NCBI GenBank assembly: GCA_964016885.1
Contig: OZ024740.1
Span: 98,394,001 to 98,458,000 of the forward strand
Source of the DNA: Eledone cirrhosa
Lineage: Eukaryota
Length of the DNA stretch: 64,000 nucleotides
Reading direction: 5' to 3'
The notes under the pieces are model-generated. The model was not told where the DNA came from, did not search any database, and worked only from the letters and a program-made list of their open reading frames with translations. Positions 1 to 14,270 of the stretch are shown in pieces; positions within the stretch are counted from its first letter, which is position 1, and each line of letters starts with the position of its first letter. The position numbers and the translations under genes were made by a program.

Positions 1-708
1 GAAAAGCATTAGAAATGCGCAACCGGTAAAACTTAAAACCAAAACTCAATACTAGCCAATAATATTACTAATTCTCACTTATTCCTAATTAAACTATTTT
101 TCACTGTGAACAATTTGTCAGCATTTCCTTTTCCGTTTACCAATATATCATAACTTGTGTGTTACACCTCTATTCTTTTAAATATATATATATATATATA
201 CATGTATATATATTTATATATTACATATATGTACAGTATTTAAATGAAATGTTATATATATATAACAATTCATTTCATATTGCTCCAGTATACTCAGTTG
301 AAAATGAGTACTAGCAGTAGCTGGGGGTTTAACTTTGCAATGGACTGGCATCCAGGATCGAGTCTTGTACTCTCAATCAATGAACCAGAATAAGCACCAG
401 CCTGATCAACCCCTTGTATGAAAGAAGCAAGGACTTTGATAGCTGTGCCTTATATATAGAAAAGGAGTAAGTAGAATTTCCAAAAAATGTATAGAATGCA
501 CATACATGTGTAGTGGATTGAAGGTAGGTTAAGAAGAAAGGCAGTCTTTGTGACAAATACAAAAGACTCCACAACTATGCCTAACATAGTTGAGTATTAC
601 ATTGAAATTCCATTATGTTTATGACTGATTCTACACCAGAATACAAATAGTATATTGTTTTATCTATTTCAGACGTCTATATTATTATTATTATTTTGTT
701 TTGTTTGA

Positions 709-900
709 GGGCGATGAATTGGCAGTATTGGTAGAGGGTTGAACGCCATGCTTTCTAGCATAGTTACGTCTCTTTACGATCTGAGTTCAAATCCTGTTGA
801 GGTTAACTTTGCCTTTCATCCTTTTGGGGTCGATAAAATAAAGTACCAGTAATGTACTGGGTAATTGCTGGCCTTGTACCAAAAGTAGAAACAATTATTA
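709..900 (+). mobile_element. tRNA-derived SINE, family A (~185 bp, (ATT)n tail)
   Basis: A-box-like TGGCAGTATTGG, B-box GAGTTCAAATCC, body tttgcctttcatcct..ggggtcgataaaataaagtaccag, tail gtagaaacaattatta; seven further copies in the window. Confidence 0.85.
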
Positions 901-1309
901 TGATGTTTTGTTTTCTTTTACAAAACCCAACACACAATTGTGTCTCTCCTTCTCTTCATCGTCATCATTATCATCGTCTTCATTGCTTACAATGTGTGGA
1001 GCGAAGCACTGATTCCTTCACTCTTTCGCCCCTTCCTGTTTCTCCCTGACACTTGTATAAATATTCAATCTGCCTGAGGCAATTGAAGACTTCAAATCTT
1101 AAGCTAAGATCATGTTTTTTTATATTTTTGTCTTTCTCTTTCTTTCTTAACCTTACTTCCACGTATCAATAACCTCTCAGTCCAATTTTTCACGATATCT
1201 TTTAACTCTTTGCCTATATATTACTAATGTTTCAGCTAGTTACCATGATAGCTAGCTATTTACCTATCTATTTCAGACACAGACGCTATATCCCTCCTAC
1301 CCACACCCT

Positions 1310-1995
1310 ATCCAAGACTATTTGGCTAGCTGTAGTGAAGGCAACCCTTCTAGAAGGGAAGTGGCTCTAATGTAAAAACGACTGCATGGGGAAGACATGG
1401 GATCTGTAAGCCATAGTGAAAGCCACCCATCTACAAAGTATACACTTCAAATAAAAACTGATACAGGGTGGAGAGGACTCTTAAGTTTGGTAACACAACA
1501 TCTCTAGTGCTGGTAGCACAAAAAATTCACCAGTCGACTCTGCAGAATGGTTGGTGATAGGAAGGGCATCCAGCGAGTAAAACTCTGCAAAAATTATGAA
1601 AAGCACGATCAATATAATTGCAAACACAGAACTAACACTAGTCATGTTAGTGCTGTGCACAGTAGTGGGATGGCTAGAGTAGCTATGTGTGAGAACCCCT
1701 TGACTGTCATCAAACAATCACACTTTCCCTATCAGGTACATACAACCTCTAACCGAGGATGTAACAACAACAGTCAAGGTACAAATCTCAGGACTGCCAC
1801 CCTTAGTGTTGGTACCCTGAAAAACAAATCAGGTGAAATTGTGGAACTGTTAGAGAGAAGGTGAGTAGATTTATGCTGTGTACAAGAAGTAAAATGGAGG
1901 GGTGGCTCAGCGAGACTAGTCATAGGAAAGCAATATAAACTCAACTAGGTAGGACATTACAATGGGGTAGCTCAGAAATGGATAGATAAGGTGAT
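1310..1995 (+). mobile_element. RTE-clade LINE, 5' UTR and start of APE endonuclease (decayed)
   Basis: LRTATLSVGTLKNKSGEIVELLERR*VDLCCVQEVKW is a typical RTE APE N-terminus; homologous to 47440-48480. Confidence 0.8.
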
Positions 1996-2979
1996 TTATA
2001 ATTTGTTAAATATTTGGCTGCTATTTTTAGCACATAGAATAACTCCATAAAATCTCCTTCATAGGCTCATGTTATCTCTCATTCATACTGTTGTTTTTGA
2101 TTGGTCTCAGATAAGCCCGATGGGGCAGCCTATAATGAAAAGCCTTCTAGCCATACGATTCCCAGCTTTATTTTTTAAAGCATAATATATTTAGGACTAC
2201 ATTAGCAAATACATCAGGACTTCTTTTTAAACATGTCAGGATGTTATATGAAACAGATTTGGTAGTTATTTCTAGTAGACCAAGTAATATTGTATGAGCT
2301 GCTCATAATCTAATAGGTATTTCATTAGTATATATTGGGAAAACCCAGTATTTCCTATAGGATTAATGAACCAATCTTCCCAATCATCTCACAAAGCATT
2401 CTATTTGTTCTGGGGCTGTAATTCTTATTACAGACTCTGTGAGTGATAATTAATGTACAACATGCTTCATTAAACTTATCACACTTAGGCATTCAATACC
2501 AGGTGGATATTTACTCATCTATGAAGGAATCCCCGATAACTATTGAAAACATCACTATGATGAAATTAGCACAAGATTATATTAGTTTGTTAATCAATGG
2601 ATGTGTATAACATTTTATCATAGACAATGTTGGGTAGCAAAAGCAGTGGAATATTCATTGGAATACATTAGGATGTTTAGTTAAGTTTCTTTGTTTTGAC
2701 AAATCAAATTGTAAGGATGTGAGTTTGAATCCCAGTCTGGCTGATATGTTGTCTCCTTGAGGAAAGCCCTTATTTCTTGTTGCTCCAGTACATACATCTG
2801 ACAATGGATACCAATGACAACTGTACGTTAGCCCTGCAACAAACAGGCATCCATGTAAACAGGATAAGAACCAAGTTTTATCCAACCTGTGCAAGCTTCG
2901 TAAAATGGATATAAAAACAATATTTCTAACTTTCATTATGTTTCTGATTTTAACCATCCCGTATTTTTATCACCTGAGC

Positions 2980-3440
2980 ACAAATCATGTTGAGTTCACC
3001 TTTGCCTTTCATCCTTCCAGGGCTAATAACATAAAGTACTTTTCTCACCAAATATATCCTCTTGTGATTATGTCAGATATCTATCTATCCTGATTTCAAA
3101 TTCTGCCAAAGTCAATTTGCTTTTTATCCTTCCTGGGCTCAATAAAATATAGTGCCAGTGAAACACTAGGATTCATATGATATATGATGCCCTTCACTGT
3201 CTGATATCAATCTTTATGTTCTGCATTTAAATCTTGCTGAGGTCATCTTCATTTTGTATTTATCCAGGGTTGATGAAATAAGATACTTGTCAACTATTTA
3301 GTTTAATGTAAGATATATTCCATTTTTCACAAAAGGTGAGACCTCGTCAGATATCAGTCTCCACATACTGAGTTAACATTTTCCTGAGACCAACTGTACC
3401 TTTAATTCTTCCAGCATCAATAAACTAAAATACCAATTAA
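2980..3440 (+). repeat. Cluster of about four old, degenerate SINE-family-A-like fragments
   Basis: Recurring aaatc..g..gaggtcaa.tttgc.ttt.atcct.ccaggg...aataaaata.agtac motif near 2982, 3097, 3228 and 3370. Confidence 0.5.
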
Positions 3441-5329
3441 CTACTTCATCATCATCGTTTAACATTCATTTCCAATGAGAGCATGGGTTAGTTGGGTCGT
3501 TGGGTTAGGAGACTGTGGCTTTGCTTCTATGGCTGGGTGCGCTTCCTAAAACCAAGGAAAATACCTTGTGGACAGGGTGCTTTTTATTGTGACCCCAAAA
3601 CAACCATCTATCAGGGTGGACTGGGTGATTTTTGTTGCATGACCACCTAGCAGGGTGGAATGGGCACTTTTTCTCATGTCATCAACTAGCGCACCTGGAT
3701 TGGGTGATTTTTGTCATGTCACCAGCATGCTCATTTTACAGGGTGGACTGGGTGTTTTTTTGTCATGTAAGCTGCATGATCACATTACAGGATGGACTGG
3801 GTGGTTTATTGTCGTGTAGTACTATAAACTACTATACACTTCCTTGCCATATGTGCAGTCTTGTACTTATGTCAGGCATCAACCTTCATGTGAATTAAAA
3901 TCCCATAGCCAATGAAATAAAATACTGGTTAAATTATGTAGTTGAAGAAATGAAGTGTGGCCTTATGTTTATGTTAGATTTTGTTATATGTACTGTCACA
4001 TCACTGAAGACTGGGTTTGTAGATTTGTTTGCATTACATTTCTGATAAGCTTTATTTCCTCGTATTTATCCTGCTTCAGTGTAGAGTCCACTGATTTAAT
4101 TAAATTGGTGACAATTGATACTACAATTGATGTGACTTGTTATCAATCATTGCACTCATACTGCTGCCTGCGGATTTGTGCAGTTCAGATGATTGAGAGA
4201 GAGAGAAAGAGAGAGAATCAGTCATGGGAGAGAAATTTAAATTGATCCTTGTATTATCTCATTAGACTGGTATTTTATTTATCAAGCCCAAAATAATAAA
4301 AGTCAAAGAAGACCTTCATGACATTTGAACACAGAGTGCAAACATCCATCATTGTATCTGATGCTGTAACAACTCTGCCAATTTGTCCTCTTGCTATATT
4401 TCTGATAATGATATCCTTTAATTATCCTGCAGGTTAGTTCTGTTCCCATGATAAAATGCACCCAGTACATTCTGTAAAATGGTCCGTGTTTAGAATGGCA
4501 TCCAGCTTTAGAATCCAAAGCAAAGAGAGTTGTGCCTAGGGAATGCAAACCTCTCTATTGCTTCTATCACAATAAAATGCACCTAACATTCTCTGTGAAG
4601 GAGTTAGCATTAGAAAAATCATCCAGCCATAGAAAACATGACCCAAAAGGGTGCATTAATAATTTGAAAACCTCCCTAATGCCAGTATTATGATAACATG
4701 CACTCAGCACACTGGTTGGTATAAGGAAACAATACAAGATTGGAATATATGTAAGAGTTGGTCCACCTACATGTCTAGAAGAAGAGTAACTCCAATTAAC
4801 TACTGACATGGTCTGTAATGATCAAGTCAGCCCATACCAGCATAGAAAAGCAGATGTGAAAGGGTGATTCTGATGATAACTCTCTGTAAATGTAGTTAAC
4901 TTTCATGCTACAACATAAAGATATTCTAAGTGAGAAATGTCAATCTTATCACCCAACAGATCACAGCATTTGCAATTCGTTTTCTATATGAGATAATATT
5001 AATGAAGATGTAGCAGATGATGTGTAACTTTTAATTATGGACTGCAATGATCAAGAAGAACTGCTTAAAGATATCATTCATCTTGATGATTATAAAGGTT
5101 TACTCAGTGCTGAAGATGAAGAACAGTGTAATTTTACTGGATTTTAATGATATGTTATGTTTGAAATGTTTAAGACAAATTATATATTTGTAATTTAATT
5201 ACATAATAAATGTCTACTTCAGTTAAGTAGGGTCGAATAAAGCTTATGGATTCAGTTCTAGATTTATTGTTTAATAATTAAAGCCTGTGTACATAGTGTA
5301 ATGTTGCATGGTAGAAACACATAGGTATT

Positions 5330-5790
5330 GGATGCAGAGGATAAGCAAAGGCTTGAAATAAAGAAATATAACATGCTTGGCTGGATATGTAATCTTAGGG
5401 TGCATAAATGACAATGCACATTGAATTCAGAGGGAAATTGAGTATTAGATGTAGCGTACAATATCTCAATATCAAACATAGCATGCATTATCTGAATAAC
5501 AAATTTAGTCTACAGGAAAGAAGGTTGTGCTAGTATGGATACATAATGCATATGAATAATAATTGTGTGGTGAAAAAGTGCCAGGCATTATATGAGGAAG
5601 GAAGCCATGGAAGAAGAAAATTAAGAAAAGTGTAGACAGAAGCAGTTAAAACTAATCTCAAGATGTTGAACCCCAGAAAGAAGATGACAAAGAAAGAGAC
5701 AAGTGGAGAAATGCTGTACTGAAGAAGTCTCATCTAACACATGGAAACATGAAAAATCATGTAAAGTCTTTAATGATGATAGTGAAGATG
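5330..5790 (+). mobile_element. RTE LINE 3' end (decayed)
   Basis: Similar to the RTE C-terminus at 24573-24887 (MLGWIC..., GSHGRRK...), followed by a gatgat-type tail. Confidence 0.55.
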
Positions 5791-7276
5791 GTAATTAGGA
5801 GGAAGAACATTGAAGTGTATTGTATTATCTGATTAGAAATAAAATTTCATATATAAATAAATTTTATGCATAGTAAGATAAATGGGAATTGATGAAGTAG
5901 AATCAGGTATGTTGGATTCACGTTCAAATAGCTGGGCATGTATTTTGATGTGTATGTTAAATAATTATTGGTAGTATTGCTTTATCAAAAACAGATATAG
6001 TTGATCAACTCAAAAAGATCAGAAAATAGAAGTTTAGTGGCTGAGTAGAAGAAGACGATGATCAAGGAACTGTAGGGTATAAGGCTAATAGAGCCAGTGA
6101 TGAATGATGTAAAGAGAAATAGAATGGGATTGTTGGATCTTGTGTTGAGGAGGGAGGAATATGACTTGGAGAAAGGGTGGTGGAAATGGATATGTAGAGA
6201 AATGAAAGATGAAGAAAAGAGCGGCTAAAGATGGAGGAGGAAATGAAACCATTGGGTTTGGTGAGAAGAGTGCAGAGCATAATGTAAAATAGAAATGCTT
6301 ATAATGAGACCCACCAGACTAGTCCCTGCTTTAGCAAGAAAAATTGTTAAGACACTTGTTGCTGTTGAATGATTATAATTCATAGTTGGAGCATTTTTTA
6401 AACGGTTTGATCAAAGAAAAATGGGCAGTTCTGCATGTGCATGTATGAATGGAATTGTATAACAAAGCATTTTTCATGGTACCAACAGTACTATCTTTCA
6501 GGTTGATCTGAGTGCTTTTGTCTAACACCTGCACTACCATCTATATGCATGAGCATGTATGCAAGTGTATGTTTTTCTGTAAAATTATGATAAAGAGGGT
6601 CAAGGGCAACACAACAACAATAATAATAATAACTTGGATACTAACATGTTGCCATATCAGATATTGTGAATATCTGACATCTGTGTATTGCCACATTTCC
6701 TTCACCTTTCTAAGATGACACATAATATATGTGATGGACTTGTGGTAAGAAAAATTCCAATTTGCTGTCAACTTATAATTTGAAACCTATTTAAGCTTGC
6801 ACAGTGTGAAGTTTCTTTCCTAACTGACTTAAGATATTCTCTGTGTTTCTACTCTGTTTAGCTGTCAGTCATTTCTTTTATATGAGTTAAAATATTCCTT
6901 ATTAATATTCCAAGTCTATTTTTCTAGTCAGAAAGCGTACTTTAGCAAAATTTTAAATATATACACACACGTGTCTATAATGGGGAGAAAAGGAGAAGAA
7001 TGAGCAAGAAAGAAAAATAATGATAATAAAAAAACAGAATCCAAGCAAGCTACATATAAAAGTGTTATATATTTCTTCTTTAACCTAGGTTGTGTTGATC
7101 TTACAAGAGAATAAATGCTTACATCTAAATATTTATATAAGTTTTATTTATTGCAGCAATGATGTGTCAATGCATCATTATATATGAATGAAATATTAAA
7201 AGAATATTTGTATGGAAGAGAATAGCAATACTGAATTTTGAAGAACTTATACGTTATACATATATATATATATATA

Positions 7277-7650
7277 TTAGAAAGTGAGGTTTTTTTTACA
7301 AAATGAAAAATAACCGAGGTGTCCTACACGAGTGAAAGTATAAAAAAAAAGAGATGAAATCGAAAATGCAACTGGAGTCTTATTTTTTTTTTTAAATATA
7401 TATATTTATTTGGTTCCTTTACCGGTTTCGTAGTTCTTCTGCTTTTCAAAAGGTGAGTTGAGATGGAGGGTCTGTGGTTTTTCTCACAGATGTGAGAAAA
7501 ACCACAGACCCTCAATCTCAACTCACCTTTATGAAAAGCAGAAGAACTACGAAACCGGGAAAGGAACCAAATAAATATATATATTTAAAAAAAAAATAAG
7601 ACTCCAGTTGCATTTTCGATTTCATCTCTTTTTCTTTATATATATATATA
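7277..7650. repeat. Fold-back palindrome (~150-bp arms, 7339-7650, centre ~7490) in TA-rich context; PLE pLTR-like
   Basis: gagatgaaatcgaaaatgcaactggagtc...tctcaca | tgtgaga...gactccagttgcattttcgatttcatctc; contains GAAACCGGTA/GAAACCGGGA, an HHR 3' half. Confidence 0.85.
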
Positions 7651-7880
7651 AACGGAAAAAATGAAACAAAATTTAATTTCCCACTCTTAGTACGGCTGTT
7701 ACTTAAATATAAGTATGTACACGTACATACATATATGTATACAGACGTACAGTAGTATGTATATATATATATATACATACATGCACACACATATATATGT
7801 ACGTATGGATTCACCGAACATTTATTATAATGCTCGGTGTGTTTGTAAACAAACATCCCGTATTAATAATAAATGTTCGG

Positions 7881-7969
<89 letters not shown>

Positions 7970-8018
7970 AACAAGTAAGACCCCGACGGCTGAGCTCAAG
8001 CCGTTTTGACGGCTAATT

Positions 8019-8570
<552 letters not shown>

Positions 8571-8635
8571 AATATATATATATATTTGTATATATATACT
8601 TAAGACACTATATACTGTGTGTATATATGTATATA

Positions 8636-8962
8636 CATAAGAAGAAATTAAAAGATGGTTAAGAAAGTTCCATGTATTTTATTATGCACATTTCAAAAGC
8701 AAATATCATCCTGGGACGATATTGTATACTCATCAGATAAAATAGGGAGACATGATATGAAGCTTAAAAAAACACTGTGATGAGAACGCAAATATCGTCC
8801 CAGGATATTTGTTTATGAAATGCGCATAATAAAATACATGGAACTTTCTTATCCATCTTTTAATTTCTTCTTATTTATACTCCAGTCCAATAAACTGTTG
8901 AGTGCTACTTATCCGATATTTGCATTGCTTTATTGTGCTACATTAAAACTCACCTCCTACAC
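8636..8962. mobile_element. Fold-back PLE pLTR derivative (same family as the ends at 9811 and 25962)
   Basis: 8636-8735 is the reverse complement of 8778-8875; the right arm has an ~85-nt extension ending at (TA)n. Confidence 0.85.
8675..8744 (-). ncRNA. Type I hammerhead ribozyme motif
   Basis: Minus strand: TATTTTAT-CTGATGA-stem II (AATATC/GATATT)-GAAA-TGTGCA-TA^ATAAAATA; 8-bp stem I, AUA cleavage triplet, base of stem II imperfect. Confidence 0.7.
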
Positions 8963-9045
<83 letters not shown>

Positions 9046-9268
9046 GGAAAAGAGTCAGGACCCCGATGGCTGAGCTCCCGCCATATCGACAGCTAGATCT
9101 GAACTAACCCCTATATATATATATAACTATATATACATATGTTAGATGATGATGATGATGATATATATATACATATATGAGTCCACAAATTACCGTCGAA
9201 ACGGCTTGAGTTCTGCCGTCGGGGTCTTGAACATTTTCCTATGTATATATATATATATTTAGATAAAT

Positions 9269-9309
<41 letters not shown>

Positions 9310-9850
9310 CAAGTCCACTCCAAGATACCGCATGGATATATGCATAACACACACTAACTTTGATACTTTACACAATATACCTTTTAAAAAAATCACACCT
9401 TTAAACATATACATACACCAACACTTCATTTTGCATTCCAAATTCGTTACCAAGACTACCTAACGGTTCATCTTGTTGACCTTATTTATTTTCATTTGTT
9501 TTTACATTCATTGTACTACCTATTATTTTTGCATCTTCCTTTGTGATCCTGTCTCTAATTTTGTACTCCTTAAGAAGGGCTAAAGCACGACATGTCAAAC
9601 GTTTTTTCCCTCTTTTCTATATAAAGCGTGAAACTAATAAGACATTTTGTACCTCTGTTTGTTGGTTCCTTCAACTGCATATATACATATATATATAATC
9701 AGTTCCTGTATGAGCAAGGTCAGCCTACTGGACACTGCCTACAACAGGACAAACCTTCTAACCCGTGCTAGCGTGGAAGAACCGACGTAAAACGTTGATG
9801 ATTTTATATATATAAAGAAGAAATTAATAGATGGTTAAAAAAGTTCCATA

Positions 9851-9920
9851 TATTTTATTATGTGCATTTCGAAAATAACATCATCCTGGGACAGAAATTG
9901 TGTTCTCATCAGATAAAATA
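9851..9920 (-). ncRNA. Type I hammerhead ribozyme motif in PLE 3' pLTR
   Basis: Minus strand: TATTTTAT-CTGATGA-GAA...TTC-GAAA-TGCACA-TA^ATAAAATA. Confidence 0.7.
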
Positions 9921-12900
9921 AGGTAACATTGTATGAGGCCTAAAAACACTTGTCAACAAGAAAGTGTCAAGTCTACATATGACAGAAATATACGAGTAAG
10001 AAAAATATAGGAAAATAGAAGAAAAGGAAAGAAGAAGGAGAAAAAGGAAAAAGAAATAGAAGAGAGGAAAAAAGGAAAAAAAAGAAAGAAGGAAGAGAGA
10101 GAAAGAGAGACTTTTGATCAGGAACGCTGTCAAAACGAAAACAGCTGTAAATAACGGTTAAAAAGTAAATTGATGAGGTGTATGTGCGAATATTATAGAA
10201 GGTGTTCAAATATTAGAGATCTAAAATATAGAAACTGGGTATATTATTTTATATTGGGTTTAAATACTAAAATTGGATTAAGAAGTGTAAAATTGTATTA
10301 ATAAAATAAAATTAAATTAAATTAAAATAAGTATAAAAAAGGTTTTTAAAATAAAATAAAATACAATAAAAAATAAAAATAGTCTATCTATGTCAAAATA
10401 AAAAAATCCTATTAAAAATCTATATATGTGGGGGTATACTATTTAATTATTATTTTATATCAACAAGTAAATAAAGGAAATTGCTAGAATGATTTATAAA
10501 CGTAGTAAAACATATGACGTCATGATTTGTTTACAAAATCTACGAAGATTTGAACGAAAATTTAAGGCTATAGAAAAAAGGTCAAAGGCTTAATATACAG
10601 TATGCTGAGAAAACTAAATTAATACATTGTAGAATAGAATGAAATATGTGTAAAAAATATGTGTAAAAAAATATGTGTAAAAAAAATATGTGTAAAAAAT
10701 TAACCGTTATTCGTGGAATATGTTATAGGACATTAGCTATATACTTTGTGAAAGGTCTTAAAGGATTTATGATTACAAAGACCAAATAAATCTGTTCTTC
10801 TATTTATTATTGAGTTGAAATTCGAGATAATAAGACATTTTTCAACTAGACATAAATTACAAACACTAGATATGGAAGCATTGGAGGATGGAGAAGCGTT
10901 GTAGATTTGACGCCAAGAAATTTTGTAATTAATGTTTTAGTCTTTTAAGGACCAAATAAGTTCTGAGTGTGCGGTGTTGGTCCTTTTAATTGGATATTTA
11001 AATGTAGAAGAATGATTATAGAATCTTGCTTTAAAAGAGGTAGAAGTAGAGCCAATGTAGGAATAGGTATTGGTACTAGTTACAACTTTACATTCGTATA
11101 CTAGATTTTTATCGAGACAGAAATTACTAAGAGGACAATTAGTTCTAATAAGGCATTTACGATTCAGATTATTTACAGAGTTATTTGCAAGTGGCCCAGG
11201 ATTATTTATATTAGGAACTGGAGTGGTGGAATTAACTAAAGGGGGGTGTTAAAGTTTCCAGATTTACATTCCTATTTGATGTACTCCTCAAAGATACGTT
11301 TGACGTCGTATTTATATTTGTGACATTTTGCCTAGAGTTTACATTGACGTCGCGCCTTATTATTATGACTCTAATGGTTGGATGCATATGAGTTATTATT
11401 TAATATTTTAGAATTATGTCTTGAGATAATTTTAGAAATGTTGGAAGTAGCGGAATATGAGAATTTAATAGTATGCTTATTGAAAATCTTGCTATATATA
11501 TGTGAAAGATGGAAGCTTTTATAGAAAGCCATAAAAAATAATTTAGGGATATGATTAATAACGGAAACAGAGAAGGGAGCGTTGTACCAAGGGATATTTT
11601 TATATCTAGGTCTCCTACTTTTGTTAATGGTATGATTATTACTAGCTACATTACTATAAACTCTGCGAAGATTAGTTTCCATAGTATATCTAATTTTGTC
11701 TTGATATCCAGCCCTAGATATCGCATTATTATAATAGTTGGCATTAGCTTCGAAGATATGTTTATTAGAGGATAAATTAGAAATTATTTTTTCTACACCT
11801 CTGACTATAGCAGTTTTAACAATATTAGGGTGGTTAGATTTAAAGTTAACGTAATTTAAGTTCTCATTATCCTTATGATATGGGTAATATAGGCCAGTAT
11901 CTAGATTAAGGTATATATCAAAGAAATTTGCTAATTTATCATTATTCTCGAATTCAATTTTTAAGTTAAGATGCTTAAATAGATCAAGTATATTTTTCTT
12001 AATAATATTAAAGTTTACTTTGTTACAATTAGAGACAGTAAAAAGAGCATCATCACGATAAATTCCGACTGCGAAGTTCAGGAATTTTACGGTTTAAAGA
12101 GTTCAAGATGAAAATTCCAACCAAGTCGGTCAATTGAGCTGAACCCGACGAACCCATGGTGATGTCGAAATTGTTGGAAGTATCCGCTCTTGTCCAATAT
12201 TCATTGTTATATTCCAAGATGGTTTTCCTTGCGGTGAGAATGATGTTAATTTCTTCACAAGTAATGTCCGTGTATTTTAACGCATATAAGAGAGCCTTGT
12301 TTAGGAGTGAAGGAGAAATAGAAGAGTAATAGCTAGCAATGTCTAATTGAATAAATTTCCGTTTGTTTTTATTATTTAGGTCATTGAACCAGCCTATTAC
12401 ATCAGAAGAACCCAACCATGAATGTAATTGAGATTTAGAGCCCTAACAACCCCTAGGTCAGATTTAGAAGGGGCAATTAGTCTTACAGGCAAGTCCGTTC
12501 GAAAATTTCTTTTATGATACTTCAGACTAATCCTCGGAATTCTTGGGAAGAAGGGTTCTGTTTTTTTCTCAATACCGAGTTTGATTATTATCTCATATGC
12601 TTCACTATTAATAGAATCAAGATTATCGTGCGTAGTTTTACGATAATATTTTCTTAGTTCTTTAAGGATAAGGTTATTATATTTATCCTTACATATGCCA
12701 TATATATTATTTGTTTTGTCATAATGAACTAAAACGTTTTTAGAAGAATTAAGGTCATTAATGTTATTCTTAAGTTTGATAAGGTGTCCCTGGCCTCGAT
12801 AAGGCTTTCTTTTGAATTTAAGTCCTCGTATAATTTTAGTTAATTCGTTTTCAAAACTGTGCTAAGTTTTTATTAAAGGGAGGATTTCTTCTGGAGTGAA

Positions 12901-13090
12901 ATAATTGTTTCTACTTTAGGCACAAGGCCAGCAATTACCCAGTGCATTACTGGTACTTTATTTTATCGACCCCGTAAGGATGAAAGGCAAAGTCAACCTC
13001 GGCGGGATTTGAACTCAGATCGTAAAGGGACGTAACTATGCTGGAAAGCATGGCGTCCGACCCTCTACCGATACTGCCAATCCACCGCCC
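12901..13090 (-). mobile_element. SINE family A inserted into the PLE
   Basis: Full-length reverse copy; flanking direct repeat tggagt(g/t)aaataat. Confidence 0.9.
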
Positions 13091-13214
13091 TAGTGGAGTT
13101 AAATAATGAATCTGGAGTTAAATAATGAATCGAGGTTGTTAGGTTCCTTCCTGTAAAAAATTTCCTTTCAAACGCTGGTCATGGATATGTGCGATCCATC
13201 TGAGCCTCCGCACG

Positions 13215-13244
<30 letters not shown>

Positions 13245-13248
<4 letters not shown>

Positions 13249-13656
13249 TTTTCCGTAGTGTTGTAATATGAATATTACACACAGTAGATGGACAGCTCAC
13301 GTAGAGTTTTCTCGACGGTTCCAGTTGTAGTTTCAAAAGTAATCCGGAGAAAATAGAAGGATTTAAATGGATACAGTTCAGTTAAAAGGAATTTATTGAC
13401 ACGTGTTTCAATAACAGTTACATAACATGAAAACAGCTGCTATCTACAAAGTATTAATTATGCAGACACTCAATATTTCAATGCTATTATCAACTGTCAT
13501 TTCATTCTGATGAAATGACAGTTGATAATAACATTGAAATAATGAGTTTCTGCATAATTAATACTTTGTAGATAGCAGCTGTTTTCAGGTTATGTAACTG
13601 TTATTGAAACACGTGTCAATAAATTCCTTTTAACTGAACAGTATCCATTTAAATCC

Positions 13657-13662
<6 letters not shown>
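13245..13662. mobile_element. Fold-back element (arms 13353-13505 and 13510-13662) between (TA)n tracts
   Basis: Near-perfect ~153-bp inverted arms; the left arm extends ~100 nt further to the TA tract. Confidence 0.9.
13499..13624 (+). ncRNA. Type I hammerhead ribozyme motif with long stem II
   Basis: ATTTCATT-CTGATGA(13507)-AATGACAGTTG...TAACTGTTATT-GAAAC-ACGT-GTC^AATAAAT; canonical core, palindromic stem III ACACGTGT. Confidence 0.75.
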
Positions 13663-13718
<56 letters not shown>

Positions 13719-14129
13719 AGTATAGAAATTGTTGTAGCGAGAAGCTAACAGTATTCCATAACATATATGTGACTATAGCGTCACAATGGGAAAATAGTTG
13801 AAATAAGATATGGGAAAAATAATTCAGACTCAATTCAAAAGGAATCAGGATATAGATTTGTCCAACAGAATTTAGAGAAATCCAGGGAAAAATCAATAGA
13901 GCTTTAACTCATGATAAAACAAAGTCTAAAGTACTCAACCTTCAATTTGGGACAACTTCAAATGCTTTGTATAGTCTTGAACAGACTATTTCACGAAAAC
14001 TTTCAGTGGAGATGGTCACGGTTGGATTTCGTTCGTTAGCAGAGCTTAACATGGTAACCAAGGTCTGACTGGTAATATGCCAAAAAGGGAATTTAAAAGC
14101 AGGCTAGTTTAACATCATGCGTGGTTATT

Positions 14130-14255
<126 letters not shown>

Positions 14256-14270
14256 TGTATGTATAGTATA

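Larger units (their letters stand above)
9811..13216 (-). mobile_element. Penelope-like element (RT + C-terminal GIY-YIG), frameshifted, with HHR-bearing 3' pLTR
   Basis: FVRRLRWIAH (13190-13216); FIQLDIASYYSSI, FDITMGS, YRDD; WYNAPFS..FSYSATSN; CPLSNFCL..LVYEC..YIGST..FKARFYNH; CNLCLVEK; stop near 10735; HHR motif at ~9851-9920. Confidence 0.9.

Noticed and set aside
10735-11200. Selenocysteine (in-frame TGA) recoding, as reported for some Naiad PLEs
   Set aside because: The Cys positions I translated in this endonuclease are TGT/TGC (one CGT); no TGA at conserved Cys sites
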